Assembly: GCF_035594765.1 (NCBI RefSeq)
Contig: NC_085842.1
Coordinates: 248,693,747 to 248,757,746, forward strand
Reading direction: 5' to 3'
Length of the DNA stretch: 64,000 nt
Origin: Anolis carolinensis
Lineage: Eukaryota
Below the pieces are notes generated by a model. That model had not been told where the DNA came from. It made no database searches and saw nothing but the letters and a program-made list of their open reading frames with translations. Each line of letters opens with the position of its first letter. Position 1 is the first letter of the stretch. The translations under genes were made by a program, and so were the position numbers. Positions 1 through 12,811 of the stretch are shown piece after piece.

Positions 1-102
1 TTGTTCTCTTCCTTCAATTGTTTCTAACTCATGAGGTTTTCTTGGCAATATTTCTTTAGAGGGATTTTGCCCTTGCATTTGATTGAGCCTGAAAGAATAT
101 GG

Positions 103-146
<44 letters not shown>
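103..146. repeat. (TTA)n microsatellite, probably a minus-strand LINE tail
   Basis: Perfect TTA run; the source of the poly-Leu ORF 83..274. Confidence 0.9.
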
Positions 147-147
<1 letters not shown>

Positions 148-534
148 TTATTTCTCCTTGTGGCTCGAGGTGGGTTACAGAACAATTAAAACACAGAAAC
201 ATTGCAAAAATACCTCAAATACACATATTAAAATGTATTTCCATAGAAGATACATATTAAACATATTTCTATAAAATACATACTAAAATACACAAAATTC
301 GATTAAACAAATGACACAAGTTTACAATTCATGAATAATCTTACTCAGTGGGGTTTTTTCCATATCAGAATAGGGAGTCAAATCCTATTCTCCAGAGTTG
401 TAGCCCAATGGTTAAACCACTGCACCAAAGTCTCATTAACGCCCCCCCCCCAAAAAAAAGTGTCTCCAGATTTAATGTCTAGAACCAAATATCCAGAGTT
501 CTACTTCCTTTCCACTGGCTATTCCACCTGGTGC

Positions 535-1139
535 CAGGGCCGGCCCAACGCGGAGGCCACTGAAGTGCCCGCTTCGGACGCACAGTCCTGGGGGCGACAT
601 GGAGGCCAGCTGGGCAAGGGCGCGCGGGGCGGGAGGCAGGGCCCCATCTAGGCGGAGCCCCGCCTCCTGCCCTGTGAGCCCTGGCCCCGCCTCACGCTGC
701 GCAAGAGGCAGGGTCATGGTGAGCAGCGCGAGGGGCGGGGCCAGGGTTGGCCCCACCTCCCGCGCTGCTCACCCTCGCCCATCTGGCCTTTTCCAGGTGG
801 CCAGACTGCAGCGGAGGTTCCTCCAGGCCGCAGTCGTGGCCTGGAGGAACCTCCGCTGCAGTCTGGCCACCTGGAAAAAAAGGCAAGGGGGCACGGGGCA
901 GGAGGCAAGGCCCCGTTTGGGCGGAGCCCCGCCTCCCGGCCTGTGCGCCCTGGCCCTGCCTCTCATGCTGTGTGAGAGGAGGGGGCCAGGGCGCGGGAGG
1001 CGGGGCCAGGGCGTGGGAGGCGGGGCCACATCTGGCCATGCCCCGCCTCCCGCAGTGCATGGCCACACCTCCCGCAGCACGGGGGGGGCGCAATTTTTGC
1101 CCCCCGCTTAATGTTTAAAATTTTCTCAGGCCGGCCCTG
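535..1139. mobile_element. GC-rich non-autonomous hAT DNA transposon with internal hairpin
   Basis: TIRs CAGGGCCGGCC / GGCCGGCCCTG; perfect 8-bp TSD CCTGGTGC at 527-534 and 1140-1147; no transposase ORF. Confidence 0.88.
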
Positions 1140-1264
1140 CCTGGTGCTTTACATTCATTCACCATATCGATAACTACTTTTATTTGTTCCTCTATATTTG
1201 TTGCCACCGACTTCTGTAGTTATTAGGCTTACTACATGGTAGAAGTACTTTATTTATTACAATA

Positions 1265-1730
1265 CAGCAGAGTCTCACTTATCCAACATAAATGGGCTGG
1301 CAGAATGTTGGATAAGCAAAAATGTTGGATAATAAGGAGGGATTAATGAAAAGCCTATCAAACGTCAAATTACATTATGATTTTACAAATTAAGCACCAA
1401 AAACATCATGTTTTACAACAAATCAACAGAAAAAGCAGTCCAAAACATGGTAACATTATGTAGTAGTTACTGTATGTATAAATTTAGCACCAAAACATCG
1501 CAATATATTGAAAACATTGACTAAAAAAAATTGGTTACTAACAAATTGACTACAAATAAAGAGAATAGCATTAAATGAACTTACAGTAGCAACATTCTCA
1601 GAAATTAAATCGATAAAAAGTTCAATCCTTGCTGCCCAGAGAAACAGCTGTGAATCAGGGCGGGAGGCAAACTGCATTGGATAATCCAGAATGTTGGAGA
1701 AGTGAATGTTGAATAAGTGAGACTCTATTG
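1265..1730. mobile_element. Tc1/mariner-pogo type MITE
   Basis: TIR CAG(T/C)AGAGTCTCACTTATCCAAC and its inverse, TA on both sides; same family as 21445 and 34971. Confidence 0.85.
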
Positions 1731-3592
1731 TAATCATAATCACACATCTTCATGTTTCTCTGATGTATGGCAACACTATCATGGGATCTGCAAGAATTGG
1801 CCAGATTTATTCAAAAGGTTTTCCCACTGTCTTCCCTTTAAATGTAAAGACTTGCCCAAAGTCAATAAGTGGATTTCCATGGCTAAGAAGGGATCCATAC
1901 CCTTGTCTCCCTGAATCTTAGGTCAGTGTTCAAGCTACTACACCACATTGCTTAAAATTGGGGACAGTGGGAGTAAAAGTTATAGTTTCCTGTTTTATAT
2001 GTGTTTTCTGGGAAATGGAAAGCCGCCTAAAAGTCTCTCAGACTTACGGATTGCAAATGCTTGTCCGAACAGCAATGACTAGAGGAAGATAGTAGTGTAG
2101 ATGTGAGAAAAGCAATGTTTATAAAGAGCTGTATTTGGGAGAAGAATTGATGGAAGGATAAAGTTTAGCTGGTGGAGGGAATTGGATGCTTTCCATGAGC
2201 TTGTGAGAAACACAAGAATAATGGTTCTTGTCTTTCTACATCATAAGACCATTTAATTCTATAACTCTCAGATGACTGAATCTGACAAACCAAATTCTAG
2301 ATCAAGCCAAATCCTTGCTTAGCCAGCTGAAGCTTAAGAGCAAAACACTGACTAATCTTTCTGGACGATCTCTATTTATTTATCGCCGCTGGAGTGGATC
2401 TATCCTGTAACTTCCTAAGAACTATTTTCCACATGAATGAAAGGATAACTGCAAGCATTTAGCTGTAGAGATAACAGCAACAGAAAAGGCAGTAGAATAC
2501 TAGTTACAAGTTTACATTTCTTTTTCATCTCCTCTTATATCAAAATACTATTTTAAATTAATTCTAGTATATTAAATAATGGGATCACATTTGAGTTATG
2601 GCTGTGTGTGGTGGGGTGTTTTTATACACTTACTTTTGGAATCTGCATTCCAAAAATGTTTGGCAGATTGACTTTTTATTGTCACTAGTACTTCTATAAA
2701 GGAAACATGGATGTCATGTAACTTGTGCCTGACATTTTTCATAATTTGAAACATTTCTTCATCTCATCAAGCAGCATTCCTGTCAAATGATATGGTGAAT
2801 CACAAGAACTGCTAACAATTTAACAAAAATAGCTTAAAATACTTTCTTTATATTTAATGGGAGGAAATGACAAGGATTGTTTCCATAGATGATCAGTTTG
2901 AAGTACAGTACAACCCACTTACCTGCAGAAGATATGTTCCTGAACTTATAATAGAAACAGACAGCCATGGATAATAGTGAATCCTATTTGAAGTAATTAT
3001 TTATTCCAGAGTTTACCATAGTTACCCTGGAGTAACTATGGTAAACTGGTAAACTGGCTGGGATTTCTGGGAGTTGTAGGCCAAAACACCTGGGGACCCA
3101 TAGGTTGAGAACCACTGACCTACACATTCCTAGAGAAATATCATTTAGGAATTTCCTAACATAACATAGGATCACATGTAAACATTTTCAGTAGTCATAT
3201 TTTATTTATTGGATGCAGGTCGGTGAAACCATGTACCAAACCTATTAGTATGAAGAACATAATGTATGGAAGATTTTGCTTGTGTGCTCCAGTGTAATAT
3301 GGTCCATATGATAACCACATGTGACAGGGTTTTCTCAGTGGTGGCACACTTCCATTAGAGTGAGTTGTCTCTTACATTCTGCAACTTTTCAGGGATAAAC
3401 ACTTGTTCTTAATCTGTCTTGTACTGCTGCTTGTTTGCATTGCTTTTCTTTTCTTTTAGCAGAAATTTATATTTTTTCATCTTTTTCTAATTAGTGATTT
3501 GAATGGTAGATCCTTAGCTATTTTGAGCTCTTTTAGGTAAATGTGGGATAAGCACCAGAAATGAACAAATTAATTCACTAATATTATGAAGG

Positions 3593-3773
3593 TCCAGACC
3601 TCCTCCGACCTTGGAAGCTAAGTAGGCCCACTCCTTGTTAATAATTGGATGGGACACTGCAGATGTTTCAGAGGAAGGAACTGGCAAAACCACTTCTAAA
3701 TATTCCTTGTCTAATGAATCGCTTGATCCCTGTGAAATTCATGGGGTCACCGTAAGTCAAGTCGCCTATACAC
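3593..3773 (+). mobile_element. 5S rRNA-derived SINE (SINE3 / 5S-Sauria-like), degenerate
   Basis: GACC..CGACCTTGGAAGCTAAGTAGG..GTTAATAATTGGATGGGA resembles the 5S internal control region. It is followed by a non-5S tail that recurs at ~9133, ~17070, ~25872, ~27370 and (minus) ~23355. Confidence 0.7.
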
Positions 3774-6307
3774 AAGGGGTATAATGCATGATTCTAAAAA
3801 ACTTTTATTTAAACCATGATTTTAAGAAATACCATAATGCTTTTATATTTACTCTTTCTAGTAATGTTTGCTCCATTATGAAAAGCCAAGTAAGTGGAGA
3901 GACCATTCAACCTGATCTACTACTACTTAAGATCCTAGAAATATACATTTTTTTCATTACACTTTAGCTTTGCATTTTCAAAGCTAAAGTTTTACATATG
4001 TCTCCTTGTGTAGAGAAAAAGCAGGGTATACATAAACATAATTATGATTATGATGATGATGATGTTTGGATTTATATTAATAATTTGTAAAAGTTTGAAC
4101 AGGAAATGTAAACTTGCTTTGCATATTACTTCAGTATGAAGGATGGAGGCAGAAAATGTAAACTACATGGAATTTTTAGACGGCTGGTACAATGTGTAAA
4201 TATAGACTTACATGAGGGACTTGCATCAGCTTCAGATGTGGTACTGTTGTTCTGTCTGTATGGCTGAAGCACGCTTTGCTTCTATGTGAAAACCAAGTCT
4301 ACTTTCATCAATGCAAAAACAAGTTCATGCTTAAATGATCACAGACTGTTTGCTGATAATCTCAAGGTCAGATTACAATACAAGATGGTAGGGCCTGTAC
4401 TTCAGTGGAAGCTTTCCTTTATGTCAGACCCAGATGTTTTTATTGTGCAAAAACAGATCTCCTACTTGCTTAGATCAGTTCATAAGACTGATACAGACGC
4501 TTTCACATGGATCAAAGGGCATATGTTGCCCTGTCTTGGTTCAAGAAGAATTCCTTGAAATTTGGCAAGCATCTATCTTCTCAATTCTGATGCCAACTTT
4601 GTAGAATATCCTCCAGGTCTGCTGGCCCTTTACACTCTCTGAGACTCCAGGCCAAGATCTGGCTCTTCCCCAAAACAATCACTTTATATATTATATCTCT
4701 GCTAGTATTTAAATAAGGTTCTATTGTTTCAGATGCTTATCTGTTAAGGAATAATCATGTGCACCCATATTTTTATGGTTTTGTTGGCTTAACTAGTTTG
4801 AATGCCTCTTTTGGTGGAAAGTCAGGGTACATGATTAAGAAACTATAATATTTTATCATATTGTGTTCTTAGGTTTTCATGTTTTATTGTCTTTATTTTC
4901 TGAGTTCCTTAGGGTGATTTTAATAAATTGCATTCTGCTCTTCTTTCAAAGACAGACAGAGGTTATTAGTTTCTTTACATTAACTCTTTGGGCAGTAGAA
5001 TGGACTAATTATTAGTGGCGTGGTATCTTCAGGCAGCAGAACACCAGGAATGAAAAACACAATACTATCTTCCTTCTGGAAAGGCTCTGCCTTTGTCCAG
5101 TCCCATCTGCCTCTTACAGTGCTCTTCCTTACTCTTCCCTTTGCTTCATTGTGAGCCATTTTTGTGCTCCCCATGTTTGCATCCCATACTCTATGATCCC
5201 ATAGTCCAACTGTCAAATCCATTTTCCTTGCAGATGACCTGCACCATCTGTGCAAAGCAGCCAACAGGTCAGGAGGAGAGCAGTGGCACTGTCAGAACTA
5301 CATGGCAAAGAATGGGGGGAGATAGAGCCAAGGGAGATATATGTAGCATGAGAGAAGAGGTGGGAAAGAAGTCAATAATGAGGGACGGTGGCCTTTTCCC
5401 ACTTGCTAAGAAGTATCAGGCCCTGGACCTCATCTGTTGATCAGAGGTAAATGGTGATGCGCACAGGCTGGGTTCTTGGTTATCATCTCTAAGTTAAGCA
5501 TCACCATCAACTTTCTGAATTCTGCTGAGGTGTCTCACTGCACTCTCTCCAACTTGACAAAGGTCTGCTTGCTGGAATAATGACATACACTCAGCCCTTC
5601 ACATTTGCATGTTTCACTTTTGCAGATTTGATTATTCATGGATTTGATTAATATATTCTTTGTAGGAATCTTTAGATCTCCAGGGTGACTCAATATCCAC
5701 AGGAGTTGACTAAAGAATCACACTGGTGGACCTAGCAATTCCTAGAGCGAATGAGTTTAGGAAAGGCATTTAGAATTCTTGCCCAGAAAGCACTTGTGCC
5801 TCACTGAACTACAAAGCTCAGAACCCCACAGGATGTTGCCATGGCAGTTAACGTGGAATAATAACTCTATTACAGCACAATGTTATAGGACCCTATGTAA
5901 GAGGTTCAGCCATGGAAATCACATTCACTCAGCCTTGGAGGAGGGCAATGGCAAACCTCTTCTGAAGAAATCTTGCGAAGAAAATCCCATGACAGGTTCA
6001 CCTTAGGGTCATCATAGATTGGGAAATGAAGACACACAACAATAGTGTGTGGGGCCTTCTAAGAGGAAGCACTAGAATATGAAATATCCTGCTGGCAAGA
6101 TTCACTTTTCCTCATTTCTTATTTCTTTTCTCATTGCAGAGACGATGTTTTTCTTTATTTGTTCAGGCAATCATTCCTCTGTAATAGTTTTCTCTGTGGT
6201 CTTTTTGGTTTCTACTTCTATTGCTTATATAAAATGCTGACAGGATTTTTTTTTTTTTTAAAAAAAACCTATCATGATTTGAATGCATACTCCTGCCATT
6301 GCAATAT

Positions 6308-6366
<59 letters not shown>

Positions 6367-6367
<1 letters not shown>

Positions 6368-6855
6368 GAACTGGTGGTATCACAAACCTGCAAAAGTATT
6401 GGAAAATGAGCACACAAAGATACTGTGGGACTTCCGAATCCAGACTGACAAAGTTCTGGAACACAACACACCAGACATCACAGTTGTGGAAAAGAAAATG
6501 GTTTGGAACATTAATGTTGCCATCCCAGGTGACAGTCGCATTGACGAAAAACAACAGGAAAAACTCAGCCGCTATCAGGACCTCAAGATTGAACTTCAAA
6601 GACTCTGGAAGAAACCAGTGCAGGTGGTCCCGGTGGTGATGGGCACATTGGGTGCCGGGCCAAAAGATCTCAGCCAGCATTTGGAAACAATAGACATTGA
6701 CAAAATTACGATCTGCCAACTGCAAAAGGCCACCCTACTGGGATCTGCATGCATCATCCGAAAATACATCACACAGTCCTAGACACTTCGGAAGTGTTCA
6801 ACTTGTGATTTTGTGAAATGAAATCGAGCATATCTATCTTGTTTGCTGTGTCATA
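6367..6855 (+). mobile_element. 5'-truncated R4/Dong-clade non-LTR retrotransposon, copy 1 (restriction-like endonuclease C-terminus)
   Basis: ILWDFRIQTD..HNTPDITVVEK..VAIPGD..EKLSRYQDL..VVPVVMGTLG (PD..D RLE domain); stop at 6782; flanked by (TAA)n at 6308-6366 and 6858-6901. Confidence 0.85.
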
Positions 6856-6856
6856 C

Positions 6857-6901
<45 letters not shown>

Positions 6902-6902
<1 letters not shown>

Positions 6903-7800
6903 TCAGAAACTCCTCAAAGCACAGCAGACAAAAAATCAGTACCAGAAAACCACACTACAAACTAGAGTTAACAGCTGGCACAGCAAAACATTGCATGAAA
7001 AGTTCCTTGACAAAATTGAAAGAAAAGCTGATAAGAAGAAGACCTGGCTCTGGCTCACAAATGGGACCCTGAAGAAGGAGACAGAAGGCCTGATCCTTGC
7101 AGCCCAGGAACAAGCCATCAGAACAAATGCAATTAAGGCCAAGATCGAAAAATCAGCTGATGACCCAAAATGCAGACTGTGCAAGGAAACCGACAAAACC
7201 ATTGATCATATCCTCAGCTACTGTAAGAAAATCACACAGATTACAGAGGTACAACCATGTGGCCCAAATGATCCATTGGAACTTATGTCTCAAGTACCAC
7301 CTCCCAGCAGTAAAGAACTGGTGGGATCACAAACCAAGCAAAAGTATTGGAAAATGAGCACGCAAAGATACTGTGAGACTTCCGAATTCAGACTGACAAA
7401 GTTCTGGAGCACAACACACCAGACATCACAGTTGTGGAAAAGAAAAAGGTTTGGATCATTGATGTTGTCATCCCAGGTGACAGTCGCATTGACAAACAAC
7501 AGGAAAAACTCAGCCGTTATCAGGACCTCAAGATTGAACTTCAAAGACTCTGGCAGAAACCAGTGCAGGTGGTCCCGGTGGTGATGGGCACATTGGGTGC
7601 CGTGCCAAAAGATCTCAGCCGGCATTTGGAAACAATAGACATTCACAAAATCACGATCTGCCAACTGCAAAAGGCCACCCTACTGGGATCTGCAAGCATC
7701 ATCCGAAAATACATCACACAGTCCTAGACACTTGGGAAGTGTTCGACTTGTGATTTTATGATACGAAATCGAGCATATCTATCTTGTTTGCTGTGTCATA
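6902..7800 (+). mobile_element. 5'-truncated R4/Dong-clade element, copy 2 (CCHC zinc knuckle + RLE), frameshifted
   Basis: ETEGLILAAQEQAIRTN..CRLCKETDKTIDHILSYC, then the same RLE region and 3' UTR as copy 1; followed by (AAT/AAC)n. Confidence 0.88.
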
Positions 7801-9351
7801 ATAAAATAATAACAACAACAACAACAACAATAAACAATAATTTTATTTCTTACTCTTCTGTAAAGCTACTTGAGCAATTTATTAAAAGCAAAAAAGTGAG
7901 TTTTTTTTTAAAAAAAAAAATGCCTCATGGCATCCCATTCCAACTTGGAGAATGTTGGCTTTATAAATGTTCTGTGTGGGTAGATGAATGGCTTATGACT
8001 ATTCCCTCCTCAGCTACCTCAAAATGATGGCGATCTATTGTATTTATTTTTTTCCACAAGCCAAAGCTTCAAAGAAATAAGTCAATTGGATTGGCATGGT
8101 GAAAGCAGTATTCCCTAGGATAATCTGTAATTTATTTCCTTGTAGACCTTGAAGATGACCGTGACTGTCCCAACAGACTGTGTCATGAAATGCTCTCTCT
8201 CTGTCTCTCCTGAATGTTTCAAATCTTTCAAAGACTGAAGAAACATTTCCATTACTGGACTAAATTGTTTCCCAAGGCTTCCAGCATGAAGATCTTTTAG
8301 GCAAATGAGAAAAAAAAGCCAGGTGTTTTGTCGTCTGAGCTGGTGACATAATTCTGTGACATGCCTACAGCTTGGGGACCAGGGTTACACTCCTTGTTGC
8401 TTCTGCTTGTCACAAAATAAAAGATGGCCCTGTGTTAAATGGCATGGCCCTGACTGGGCTGATTATTGCAGGAGGAGCACACCATGACATTCAAGGGATT
8501 CATATATGAAGAAGAAAAATTACATTTGTCAGTTTCAGATAAAGCTTATTGTTTCAACCTTGAGGGAACAGACATGATACAGATCCCTAATAACTCTGCG
8601 GTATAAGAAAAAAAAACTAGGGCAGTAAAACCATGAAGTTTTTTTTTTTTTTGCAGAGATTAGAATTAACTGTATAGAGAGATGATTGAATTCCCTGTTA
8701 CAGTGCAATCTCATTTATCCAACTGGCCTGGGGAACCTCTAAAGAATTCAGATAAATATTCAGATAAGCGGGCCTGCTATTTATACAGTGTTCCACTAAT
8801 AGGGGTTATATAGGGCGCACACAGTGAATTCATATATATTGGATTTTGAATACTGTGCATCCTGGACTGAGGGTGTTCCACATTAATGGCTATACTACAT
8901 GGACATATTATGAGAATGCAGAACTGAGTATCATTCTTCATTAATATTTACACGGTAACAAGAAACCTGTTACAAGTCTATCTGAGAGAAAAAAAGAGGA
9001 ATACATTTAAATTCACACATTTCTCACTGTAGTGATGTCACAATGCCTGAGAAACTGGGAGACATTTGTGGAACATTTGAATATAGAAGTCTGTTCTTGA
9101 CATAATATACAATTTAATATTGTACCTCTAATTCCTTATTTAAGAAAACCCTATGAAATTCACAGAGTCACAAGTCGACAGGCAGCTTGAAAGCACACAC
9201 AAACACAACAGTATTCAGATTGCTATCTAGAGGAAGTTATGAACAGTCTTCTCATCATGTTTTGTTATCACTTGGTGAACAATTGCTTCAGCTTGTGAAG
9301 GAAAGAGATCCATTCTTTGAGCACAAAAATATTATTTCTAATTTTCCTATA

Positions 9352-9703
9352 CAGGTTGAGCATCCCTTATTTTGATTTCCAAGATATGAAATATTACAAA
9401 ATTTGAAACTGTCCAGTGTCCACGTAGCTGACATAGTGATGCCTTTTCTTTCTGATGTTCCAATGTACACAAGCCTTGTTTCATACACAAAAGTATTCAA
9501 AATATTGTGTATAGAATTGTATTCAAGCTATGTGTGTAAAATGTACATGAAACATCAATGACTTTCATATTTAGACAAGGCTTCAATCTCCAAGATATTT
9601 CATAATGTATATGTAAATAGGAAAATACAAGTATTCCAAAAAAAAAAAGTGAGGTCAAAACACTTCTGGCCACAAGCACATTAGATAAGGGATACTAAAC
9701 ATG
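9352..9703. mobile_element. Older Tc1/pogo(Tigger)-like MITE
   Basis: TA-CAGGTTGAGCATCCCTTAT ... ATAAGGGATACTAAACATG, a degenerate TIR pair. Confidence 0.6.
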
Positions 9704-10281
9704 CATTTCAAGGAATGTTGTCTTGGTTCTTTTGAATCCAGTGGACACCAGCAATTAAATGGCTTTATTTCTGAATCAATCAAAATTATCTAGGGAGTCC
9801 CACAGAAAAACAAACCAGGAGAAAAGAAAATACTGTAGATCTTTCTGTGTTTGGATTTGAATAGTGGGGAGTCACCACATGGCAAACAGACTGGGAGTTA
9901 CATAGATCTTCATCTGCATAGGTATTTAAGTATATATTAGTTACATTTATATTCCATCACTAGTGAGTTCAGTGTGATGTTCATAGTTCTTCTCCTCTCC
10001 ATTTCATCTTTACCACAACCCTATAAAGTAGTTCAGGTTGGACCAAGTGAGTCTCCCAATTCTCGAACTCCAACAACTATGTTACTCTGGCGATCATTAA
10101 CCTTATGGAATAGAGAGCTTAATACACAGCTGCTGGTCCCCAATAAATCCTTAATGAGTGTGCATCAACACTGTAGTTTGACCACACTTTAACTGACATG
10201 GCTCAGTGCTATAAAGTTCTGGTATTTGTCATTTAGTGAAACCCTAGTACTTTTTTTGTCAAAGAAGGCCAAGAGCATTGT

Positions 10282-10485
10282 TTAAGGCCTTCATGGCCGG
10301 AATAACTTGGTTGCTGTGCGTTTTCAGGCCGTAGGACCATGCTCCAGTAGCGTTCTCTCCTGATGTTTCACCTGCATCTGTGGCCAGCATCTTCAAGTCT
10401 GGAGATGCTATCCACAAATGCAGGTGAAACAGGAAATAATGCTACTGGAATATGGTCATATAGCCCAAAAGACCCACAGCAAACC
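10282..10485. mobile_element. Penelope-like element termini arranged as an inverted pair
   Basis: Arms ~10305-10396 and ~10398-10485 are reverse-complement related and similar to 52776-52855; 17-bp direct repeat AAGGCCAAGAGC(A/C)TTGT at 10265 and 10486. Confidence 0.7.
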
Positions 10486-10585
10486 AAGGCCAAGAGCCTT
10501 GTGAAACTACAACTCCCATGTTTCCATAACATTGAGCCATGACAGTTACAGTGGTGTCAGGTTACCTTAATTCTACAGTGTAGAT

Positions 10586-10720
10586 CAGTGGGTCCTAACT
10601 TTTGGGCCTCCAGGTGTTTTGGACTTCAATTCCCAGAAATCCCAGCCAGTTTACCAGCTGTTAGGAATTGTGGGAGCTGAAGTCCAAAACACCTGGAGGC
10701 CCAAAAGTTGGGAGCCACTG
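10586..10720. mobile_element. Palindromic hAT (Charlie-like) MITE
   Basis: CAGTGG..CCACTG fold-back; perfect 8-bp TSD GTGTAGAT (10578-10585, 10721-10728). Confidence 0.88.
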
Positions 10721-11140
10721 GTGTAGATGTACCCTTAGATAGAACCCTGAGTTCAGGTTTCCAGAGTCTGACAGAATCTACTGTGCTTAAAAGATGTTGA
10801 CTGCAAATGAAAACAGCATCTTATCTTGGATGAATTGATGCAAAACAGTTAAGAAGCATTAGTGTTGGAAGAGGGAGGATAATGTGCCACATCCTTTGTC
10901 TTTCTGATTGTCACATCTGGTGGTGAAAAAGAAGTTAGCCTATTTCCCTCCAGAAACCACACAGATGTTGCAGAACATTTTGTTGACAATTGCATGAAGC
11001 ACATTTGCTTAATGTTGCCATTTGCAGTATAAAGCAAGGTTCCTGGGCCTTTGCTATTTATGTGAAAAAAACAGCAGCAGTGGGTGCAGCTTTTCTGTGC
11101 ATGACACACCTGCTGAAAGTTTACCTTTTAGGTACAGTAC

Positions 11141-11302
11141 CAGGCATGGGCAAACTTCAGCCCTCCAGATATTTTGGACTTCTACTCCCACAATTCAACT
11201 CTCAGAATTCAACTCCCGAAATTCATAACAGCCAGTAAGCTGGCTTGGATTTCTAGGAGTTGAAGTCTAAAACACCTGGAGTACCAAAGTTGTCCATGCC
11301 TG
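11141..11302. mobile_element. hAT MITE (CAGGCATGGGCAAAC family)
   Basis: TIR CAGGCATGGGCAA / TTGTCCATGCCTG, with a short internal AATTCAACTC duplication. Confidence 0.75.
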
Positions 11303-12811
11303 GTAAATATTCTGGTAAGTCACAAAAAGGCGCTCAAGGAAAATGATATTTGTGTGGACTACCATTCCCAGATTCTGGAATCCGGAAAAGTAACATTTAC
11401 ACATTTTGTCTGGGAAAGACAGAAAGCAGTAGGAAAATATGGGATGGCTGCATATATTGTCTACTATGTCTTCCAGCTGGCTTCTTACATCAATTGTAAT
11501 AACAGGAAATGTCAGGAATGACATTTTGGGCACTCTGCAAACCAGATATATTCTATCACTGAGCTACTGCCATCCTTAAAGTTCTCATTTGCATGAAGAA
11601 TCTACTCTGCACCTTAGAATGAACTTGAGATCTCATCACATTCACCCCGATTCTCCACAGATCATGGCGAATCTGGCAGGGCCTGGTGAGGGGCATGGGG
11701 AACACATTTCCCTGCATTGCCCATCTTGCCACTCACCCTATTCTACTGGGGGGGGCATTGCCACCCGGCTTCTCCCTGTTGTTGCTTATGCAACACAGGA
11801 AGCCTCCTGTGTGGCTGCAGCTGCTTCTTGACACATGAGGCATGGAGCCCTGTCTATGTTGTGTGATGGAAGCTCGTGGGCTCTGTGCCTCAAATGAAAT
11901 CCAAACATCCTAGAACATGGTATTTTGCCCATCTGATGAGGTCCCTAGAGGGATATTCATGTTTTGCGACAAATACACACATCTTCCCAAGAAGTTAAGT
12001 TGATGTGGAAACCGTTCAGCAAAGGAACAACCTTTGAAAACCAGCATTAGTTAAAAGATGGATTCCATACATTTAAACCAGTCTTCCCCAGCATGTTGTT
12101 CTCCAGATGTGTTACACTGAGGAGTTTTCTGTATGAGCCCAGTATCCCATGGTATTCTCGTGATCTAGGGTGCCAGCATTGTTACTCTCCTCTTTGCACC
12201 ACTGTGGTGTCACTGTCAATTGCAAAGTGTCTTTAAAAAAGGGTGAGAGATAAGTGGCAAGACAGGAGCACTTAGTTATACCACCCACCTGGAAGTACAG
12301 CTCGGTAATATGTGGCTGCACTTCCATGTGGGTGGTGTAACTAACAGTTCTCAATTACATGAAGTGTAGTGTTAAAAATAAATTAATTAATTAAATTAAA
12401 TCCTACTTTTTCAGTGAGGTGAAAAGACAATCCCACTGCATGACATCACCAGCATGTCACAACAGGAGAGCCCGAACCAGGTAAGTTCCAGGACTGGGAG
12501 ACAATCAAGGGCTATTGATGAGTTTTCCATGTCAGTAGCTGGGGACAGTTTCATAGCAGAGAGGTGGTAAACTGACAATGGAAATTGCACAATGTTGTGT
12601 GATAAGACTGGTTTCCACCTCCATGCAATAAAGTCCAAAATTTTCCATTATTACCAGGCAGCATGCCTTGAAGTGTCATACAATGATTGACATTTTAGTC
12701 TGGCAAATCTGCAGAACATCAGGTTGGTTGGGTGGAGGGTGACTCATCTCCCCCCCCCCCCCACGTAGCTATTTGTCCAAGGTTTTCTTTTAAAATCACC
12801 AAGGAAATGTC

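Larger units (their letters stand above)
10158..10734. mobile_element. PIF/Harbinger-like MITE carrying two nested insertions
   Basis: TIR GTGTGCATCAACACTGTAG / CTACAGTGTAGAT(G)TACCC; flanks TGA/TTA. Confidence 0.6.

Noticed and set aside
331-1118. Cluster of overlapping 64-170 aa ORFs on both strands
   Set aside because: By-product of a GC-rich palindromic hAT element; no transposase or other domain motifs.
3593-3660. 5S rRNA gene
   Set aside because: Partial, heavily diverged and fused to a SINE tail.
6159-7072. ORFs with poly-Ile, poly-Tyr and poly-Asn tracts
   Set aside because: Read-through of (TAA)n microsatellites into retrotransposon fragments; not host proteins.
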